Source: an uncultured Thermoanaerobaculia bacterium
Lineage (GTDB): Bacteria; Acidobacteriota; Thermoanaerobaculia; Multivoradales; JAGPDF01
Assembly (NCBI GenBank): GCA_964476605.1
Contig: CAYZBH010000012.1
Location: forward strand, 3,869 to 67,868
Length of the DNA: 64,000 nucleotides
Reading direction: 5' to 3'
The position numbers and the translations under genes were made by a program. Positions 61,681 to 64,000 of this stretch are shown here, one piece after another. The first letter of the stretch is position 1. Every line of letters starts with the position of its first letter. The notes beneath the pieces are model-generated. The model was not told the origin of the DNA. It saw only the letters and a list, made by a program, of their open reading frames with translations, and did no database searches.

Positions 61681-62178
61681 TCACTCCAGGTCGCGGACGA
61701 TGCGCCGCGCGCGTTCCGGGGTCAGATTCTCGTGAAAGTCGTCGTCCACCATCATCATCGGCGCCGTGTCGCAGGAGCCGAGGCACTCGAAGTGGACGTA
61801 GGAGCAGCGGCCGTCGCCGGTCACCTCGTCCTCGCCCACGCCGAGCTCCTCGCCGAGTGCCGCCAGGATCTCCTCGCCGCCCCGCAGCTGGCAGGACAAG
61901 TTGGTGCAGACGCGGACGCGATGCCTGCCGACCGGGCGCTCGTGGTACATGTCGTAGAAGGAGACCACGCCCGCGACCTTCGCGACCGGAACCTCGAGCA
62001 GCTCGGCGACCGCCTCGAGGGCGGGCTCCGGGAGCCACCCTCCGCAGACGCGCTGCGCCACGTGCAGGGCCGGCAGCATCAGAGCTTCGAGCGTGGGGTA
62101 GCGAGAGCGCAGAGACAGGATCTCGTCGATGGCGGCCTGCGGCAGGGCCGTCAATGCCGTCGGCTTCGCTTCGCTCAT
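61681..62178 (-). CDS. nuoE: NADH-quinone oxidoreductase subunit E
   Basis: 165 aa. Thioredoxin-like 2Fe-2S ligands 'VCTNLSC' and 'FECLGSCDTAP'. ATG at 62178 overlapping the nuoA stop. Confidence 0.9.
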   Translation of the reverse strand: MSEAKPTALTALPQAAIDEILSLRSRYPTLEALMLPALHVAQRVCGGWLPEPALEAVAELLEVPVAKVAGVVSFYDMYHERPVGRHRVRVCTNLSCQLRGGEEILAALGEELGVGEDEVTGDGRCSYVHFECLGSCDTAPMMMVDDDFHENLTPERARRIVRDLE

Positions 62179-62570
62179 GAGCCGGCGATCTCCTTGGCGA
62201 ATCGACCCGGGCGGGTCACGATCTCGAGCCCGCCCTTCTTCCAGACGTAGGCGAGTCCCACGACGATGAGGCCCACGAAAGCCATCACCGCCCAGAACAG
62301 AGGCCACCCGCCGGCGCGCAGCACGGTGACCCAGGGATAGAGAAACGCGGCTTCGACGTCGAAGACGACGAAGTCGATGGCGATGAGGAAGAAGGCGATC
62401 GAGAGGCGCTTTCGCGAGCGGTCGAGAAGCGGGAGGCCCGACTCGTAGGTCGACTGCTTGATGCGGCCGCCGGTGCGTTTGCCGGCGAACCACGAAAGTG
62501 CCAGGAGAACGGCCGCCAGAGCGAAGGCGACCAGGATGGCGACGAGGACCGGCGCGTACGTTTGCGGCAC
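62175..62570 (-). CDS. nuoA: NADH-quinone oxidoreductase subunit A
   Basis: GTG start. 131 aa. 'YESGLPLLDRSRKRLSIAFFLIAIDFVVFDVEAAFLYPW'. Confidence 0.9.
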   Translation of the reverse strand: MPQTYAPVLVAILVAFALAAVLLALSWFAGKRTGGRIKQSTYESGLPLLDRSRKRLSIAFFLIAIDFVVFDVEAAFLYPWVTVLRAGGWPLFWAVMAFVGLIVVGLAYVWKKGGLEIVTRPGRFAKEIAGS

Positions 62571-62621
62571 TCGTGAAGACTCTCACATGGCCCCGTTGGA
62601 GGACAAGGGGGCGGGGCGTTT

Positions 62622-63323
62622 TTGGGCTGTGCTATAAGGCGCTGTCCCGTGTCCCGTCCCGACCTCGCAGCCGTCATTCCGGCCTACGATTGCGCGGCCA
62701 CGATCGGTCCCGTCGTCACGGGCTCGCTCCGGCACCTCGGGTGGGTGGTGGTGGTCGACGACGGGAGCCGGGACGGCACCGCCGCGCGCGCCACGGAAGC
62801 AGGTGCCACCGTGCGTTCGCTGCCGCGCAACGCGGGCAAGGGGGCGGCCTTGCGGGCTGGAATCGGCCTCGCGCTCGAGCTCGGGGTGGAGAGCGTGGTG
62901 CTGCTCGACGGCGACGGGCAGCACGACCCCGACGATCTCCCCGCGCTCCTCACAGCCTGGGATCTGGGGCGGTGCGACCTCCTGGTCGGGACCCGACTCC
63001 AGGACGCGAGCCGCATCCCGCGCAGCCGGTTCTGGACCAACTACATCGGGACGCGCATCCTGACCTGGATGACCGGCTACGAGCTCCAAGACTCGCAGTC
63101 CGGCTACCGGATTCTCTCGGCCGGGCTGCTCCGGAAGTTGTCCCTGCGTTCCGACGACTACGCGATCGAATCCGAGATGCTGATCAAGGCTGGACGATTG
63201 GGTGCCCGGCTCGGGCACGCGCCGGTCCGGACCATCTACGGAGGCGAGATCAGCCACTTCCGGCCGCTGCGCGACACGGTGCGCATCGCGCTCGCCGCCA
63301 TTCGTTTCAAGGTCGATGACTGA
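62622..63323 (+). CDS. glycosyltransferase family 2 (DPM1/GtrB-like polyprenyl-phosphate glycosyltransferase type)
   Basis: 'AAVIPAYDCAATIGPVV', 'VVVVDDGSRDGT', 'VVLLDGDGQHDP', 'QSGYRIL'. Coordinates taken from the ORF track. My base count was off by one locally, so the start codon identity was not verified. Confidence 0.8.
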   Translation: MGCAIRRCPVSRPDLAAVIPAYDCAATIGPVVTGSLRHLGWVVVVDDGSRDGTAARATEAGATVRSLPRNAGKGAALRAGIGLALELGVESVVLLDGDGQHDPDDLPALLTAWDLGRCDLLVGTRLQDASRIPRSRFWTNYIGTRILTWMTGYELQDSQSGYRILSAGLLRKLSLRSDDYAIESEMLIKAGRLGARLGHAPVRTIYGGEISHFRPLRDTVRIALAAIRFKVDD

Positions 63324-64000
63324 GCCCGCACGCGAAGCGATTCCGGGGCCCTTCGCTCCCGCCCTCACGGTCGACGTGGAGGAGTGGTACCACACCTGTT
63401 GGATCCCGGAGCTCAACCTCCCGGAGCTCCGCGCGCACTTCCTTCCCGAGCTCGACCGCCTCTTGCCGTTGCTCGCCGACGAGCTCGAGACGTGCGGCGC
63501 CCGGGCGACGTTCTTCGTGCTCGGGGAGGTCGCGTCGCCGCTCTCCGGGCGCTTGCGGGAGCTCGCTCGATGCGGTCACGAGATCGCTTGCCACGGCTTT
63601 CATCACCGGCGTGCCAACGAGCTCTCCTTGAGCGCCTACGCCGAGGAGCTGCGCCGTGGCAAGAGCCTTCTCGAAGACCTCGTGGGCGCCGAGGTGATCG
63701 GATATCGGGCCCCTGAATGGTCGCTGCGTCGCGCGTCGAATCCACGCCTGCGCCTGGTGGCCGAGGCGGGCTTCGCGTTCGACAGCTCGCTCATGCCGGC
63801 GCTGGGAGCCGGGAGCTCGGGAAATCCGCTCTTGCCGGTCCGCTGGCGCTGGCACGATGGGCTGGCCCTGACGGAGGTGCCGCCGTTGACTTGGGGGAGA
63901 GGGCTCAGGCTCCCGGCGGGAGGTTGGTGTGGGCGCGCAGCCTCGCCGCGGTGGATCCTCGCGGCGGCGCGGGCGCGGCTCCGTGAGGGTGGGCTCCCGG
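63317..64000 (+). CDS. polysaccharide deacetylase (CE4/NodB homology domain), 3' end outside the window
   Basis: Read directly from the sequence; no stop before the window end, so it is absent from the track. ATG about 5 nt before the GT2 stop; the start may be off by 1 nt. 'LTVDVEEWYH', 'ATFFVLGEVA', 'GHEIACHGFHH', 'GYRAPEWS' CE4 motifs. The DVEEWYH-type N-terminus is typical of exopolysaccharide-locus deacetylases. Confidence 0.8.

Overview
High-GC (~70%) bacterial chromosomal window, with near-exclusive GC in third codon positions. It is densely packed with overlapping, translationally coupled genes; starts of the form GTGA/ATGA/TTGA overlap the preceding stop. Most of the window is housekeeping. 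Plus strand, 1-6141: sirtuin (5'-truncated), radC, larC, hslO, metG, tatD. Minus strand, 6581-17534: the conserved ribosome-biogenesis cluster rimP-nusA-infB-DUF503-rbfA-nrnA-truB-rpsO-pnp, followed by nif3. Plus strand, 17806-21373: htrA with a clear intrinsic terminator, an orphan sigma-54 NtrC-type regulator, and pyrE. A long plus-strand operon follows: two acyl-CoA dehydrogenases, a GT2 glycosyltransferase, then a four-gene corrinoid methyl-transfer module (B12-binding corrinoid protein; homocysteine S-methyltransferase domain; MetH-type reactivation domain; non-pyrrolysine MttB-family methyltransferase). This runs on into a split methylmalonyl-CoA mutase whose large subunit and B12-binding small subunit are separated by a DinB-like protein and a sulfatase-like lipoprotein, then a REC-domain protein, valS, birA, coaX, comEC, miaA, hfq, a lipoprotein, pgsA, dnaE, cca and rsmD. 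On the minus strand near the end sit a solitary pseudopilin, rex, and a 10-gene nuo operon (nuoA, E, F, G, H, J, K, L, M, N). The operon visibly lacks nuoB, nuoC, nuoD and nuoI. The window ends with a GT2 and a CE4 polysaccharide deacetylase. The most interesting candidate system is the corrinoid module. It looks like a modular methionine synthase in which the methyltetrahydrofolate-binding domain of MetH is replaced by an MttB-type (quaternary amine or methylamine) methyltransferase. That implies methyl transfer from a betaine-type donor through a corrinoid protein directly to homocysteine, with an AdoMet-dependent MetH-like reactivation domain instead of a RamA-type activase. Other points worth a second look: a ~440 bp convergent intergenic region of lower GC with a 5x tandem octamer (possible ncRNA), the nuo operon missing its Q-module genes, rex coupled to the end of nuo, and several small hypothetical ORFs supported by GC3 bias. 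Many long ORFs in the six-frame track are antisense shadow ORFs typical of high-GC DNA and are rejected. All calls rest on motif recognition by eye; no database search was run. A few start coordinates are uncertain by a codon or so.
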